This document shows positions 61,605 through 64,000 of a stretch of DNA of 64,000 nt, piece after piece; the first letter of the stretch is position 1, and every line of letters starts with the position of its first letter. Under the pieces are notes generated by a model that did no database searches, was not told the origin of the DNA, and worked only from the letters and a program-made list of their open reading frames with translations. Location of the stretch: assembly GCF_004010195.1 (NCBI RefSeq), contig NC_057740.1, positions 17,726,912 to 17,790,911 on the forward strand. The letters are read 5' to 3'. The translations under genes and the position numbers were made by a program. The DNA is from Chiloscyllium plagiosum (Eukaryota).

Positions 61605-61844
61605 ACTCAAAATAAAGCAAAAGGTTTTGAAATTTAAGATAATCACATGAACTCAACCTGACTTATTTACACTTGGTAGATGCAAGGTGCATTAGTATGC
61701 AGGGACCTGTACTGTGCAAACAAAAGGGAAGACCAGTGGAAGGTGTTAAGAAAAGAATGGTACGAGATGCAGAACCAGGCAAATCCTAAAGGTTAAGAAC
61801 TCCATTTGCCACCAAAGATATCTTAAAATACAAGAAATGGCTCT

Positions 61845-62250
61845 TAGGATGTATGTTTGCTTGCTGAGCTGGAAGGTTCATTTTCAGATGTTTCTTCACC
61901 ATATTAGGTAACATCATCAGTGAGCCTCCGGATGAAGCACTGGTGGCATGTGGTCAACTGCAGTCAAAGTGGTGTCCTTCCTCATTTGTATGTGAGGATA
62001 CTATTGAGAGTGGGTCAAGTTGTTTTGTGGCTAGTTGATGTTCATGTATCCTGATGGCTAGTTTTCTGCCTGTTTGTCCAATGTAATGTTTGTTACAGTT
62101 CTTGCAAGGTATCTTGTAAATGACATTAGTGTTGCTTGTATAGGGTCTTTCAAGTTCATTAGCTGCTCGTTTAGTGTGTTGGTGGGTTTGTGGACTACCA
62201 TAATGCCAAGCGGTCTGAGTAGTTTGGCAGTCATTTCCAAGATATCTTTG
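61845..62250 (-). mobile_element. PLE fragment (GIY-YIG and pLTR)
   Basis: NVIYKIPCKNCNKHYIGQTGRKLAIRIHEH...HHFD; pLTR with CTGATGA core at ~61915-61921. Confidence 0.85.
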
Positions 62251-63263
62251 AATGGCTTTTAACTTGAAAGGAAGCATCCCAAAAGACATTTGATAAAGTC
62301 TATCATAGGGTACTAACTATTAGTTGAAATGGAAATTCATAGAAAGAAGATGACTTATTGACCTGACTAGGAAATTGGCTGAATGGCAGGGGACAAAGCG
62401 TGGGTGTAGTGACTTAATGAGATAAATGGCCTACTTCTGTTCCTGTATTGGTGGTACATTTTGATTAACCTATATCTCCATTGTCACTAGCAAGTGCCAA
62501 ACTTTAATTTGAGATACTTGCCTTTGAAGTAGGTAACCTATTGCCTAGATTCCTGTATGTTGTAACAGTATAGCAAAAAAAATGGCAATCATTCCGTTAT
62601 GCAAGTTATCATTGATGGTAAAATGTCATTGGGAGTTCAGATTCAGAAATGAACAAATTGATAAGTGGCTTTTGTGAGGAGGCCTTTGATTCTTCTTAAA
62701 CTGAGGGTGGTGTAGGATGCCTCGTTTTTTTTTCTCTCCAAGTTTTTGTAGAATTTTCTTTGTCACTCTTTTGGAACACGCTACAAAACCCTACAAATCT
62801 GTAGCAAAGGTGTTATGCTTTTCATCCTCCCAAAGAAGTTAACTTAATAATTACATTGGACTGCAAATTGGATAGTTTCACATGAGCATGTAGGTCTGTT
62901 GAGGGGAAATAATTATGGATAACATTACTGAGACTATCTTTCTATCTCATCGACCTTAGTGCATCCCTCGCCAGATTTTTAATTTCATTGGACTAGTTTT
63001 CTACCGGGCCTTCGCACTCTAAACTTGTACATTTTTTTTTTGCATTTTTTCATTATTGTCCATGTTACATTAAATAAATAGTGAAAAAAGTGCAGTAGTC
63101 ATCCTCAGTGGCATTTTAAAAATAAAGTCTATTCTACCCTTCAATATTTGTTATATATTTTTGTTTGAATTGAACCAATTCTTAGGGATGTGTGTGTGTG
63201 TATAAAAGCCTGGTTGGCAGGGGATAACTTACATTCTAATTGGTCAAATATATGCTGTATTAG

Positions 63264-63356
63264 GAGAAAAGGAAGGGCTCATGCCCGAAACATCGATTCT
63301 CCTGCTCCTTGGATGCTGCCTGACCTGCTGCGCTTTTCCAGCAACACATTTTCAGC
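63264..63356 (+). mobile_element. 93-bp PLE mini-insertion with partial hammerhead
   Basis: gaagggctcatgcccGAAAcatc plus pLTR tail; 15-bp TSD tatatgctgtattag at 63249-63263 and 63357-63371. Confidence 0.8.
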
Positions 63357-63747
63357 TATATGCTGTATTAGCCAATATTACTGGTTGGTATTAAATTATC
63401 TGAAAATAGTGGTTGTCATCTGGTAAGACAGTGTTGAATGTGAAAGTGCATCAGCATGCAGGGTTCCACAGCATGTTTGCCCTGTTGGGTTAGCAATGTC
63501 ACTGGTGGCTAGGCCATGTCAGCCAAATGGATGATGGCTGCATCCCCAAAGTTACATGCTCTATGGTGAGATGCTGTTACCACAAAACCAACTTGCCACC
63601 CACATTTACAATAAAAGAACGACAATAAGACTTCAGGTTAGTCAGATCAGAGCCAATACTTGGGAAGTCCTTGTGCTGACCGATGTGCAGGAGACTAGCA
63701 GTCAAGAAGTTATAGAGAGAGCTGAGGATAAAAGAAATGACCAAATG

Positions 63748-63908
63748 ATTGCAACGTTTAAGAGGCTTTTGGATGGGTATATGAATAGGAAGGGTTTGGA
63801 GGGAAATGGGCCGGGTGCTGGCAGGTGGGACTAGATTGGGTTGGGATATCTGGTCGGCATGGACAGGTTGGACCGAAGGGTCTGTTTCCATGCTGTACAT
63901 TTCTATGA
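63748..63908 (+). mobile_element. CR1 3' tail fragment (similar one at 44146-44241)
   Basis: FKR.LDGYMNRKGLEG.GP.AGRWD followed by the tail gaagggtctgtttccatgctgtacat. Confidence 0.8.
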
Positions 63909-64000
63909 TAGAAAAGTGATAGCATTAAAAACAAGAGTTGACTTTGGGCTAACATTGCTCATTTGTGCCAGTATGAAAGGAGTTCCCACTCACACATTGG

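Noticed and set aside
63440-63530. GSTACL-encoding stretch as NDUFA11 exon 4
   Set aside because: No polypyrimidine acceptor in the required phase and no conserved C-terminal K...EGW motif.

Overview
Vertebrate nuclear DNA, almost certainly a shark or other elasmobranch (inferred from HE1-type SINEs and their partner CR1/HER1-type LINEs). One 500-N assembly gap lies at 37503-38002. Four spliced protein-coding genes were reconstructed from splice sites, reading frames and similarity to remembered orthologues: ADMP (+, 5 exons, 382 aa, 816-7018), POLE4 (-, 4 exons, 114 aa, 9926-16101), a NIM1K-like AMPK-related kinase (+, 3 coding exons, 435 aa, 27468-35582) and NDUFA11 (+, exons 1-3 at 45018-57270; last exon not found and probably beyond the window). 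The rest is mostly CR1-type LINEs, tRNA-derived SINEs, Tc1/pogo-like MITEs and several Penelope-like element (PLE) families carrying minimal hammerhead ribozyme motifs. The observations most worth following up are: (i) a 30-bp tandem array of seven CCAAT boxes just upstream of POLE4; (ii) a candidate box C/D snoRNA (37304-37400, -) whose C and D boxes carry a compensatory A-U substitution, possibly hosted by a divergent lncRNA from the NDUFA11 promoter; (iii) ~93-bp TSD-flanked hammerhead mini-insertions and inverted hammerhead cassettes; (iv) a probable second NIM1K paralogue with a polybasic CaaX tail. No database searches were run; all identifications come from reading the sequence.
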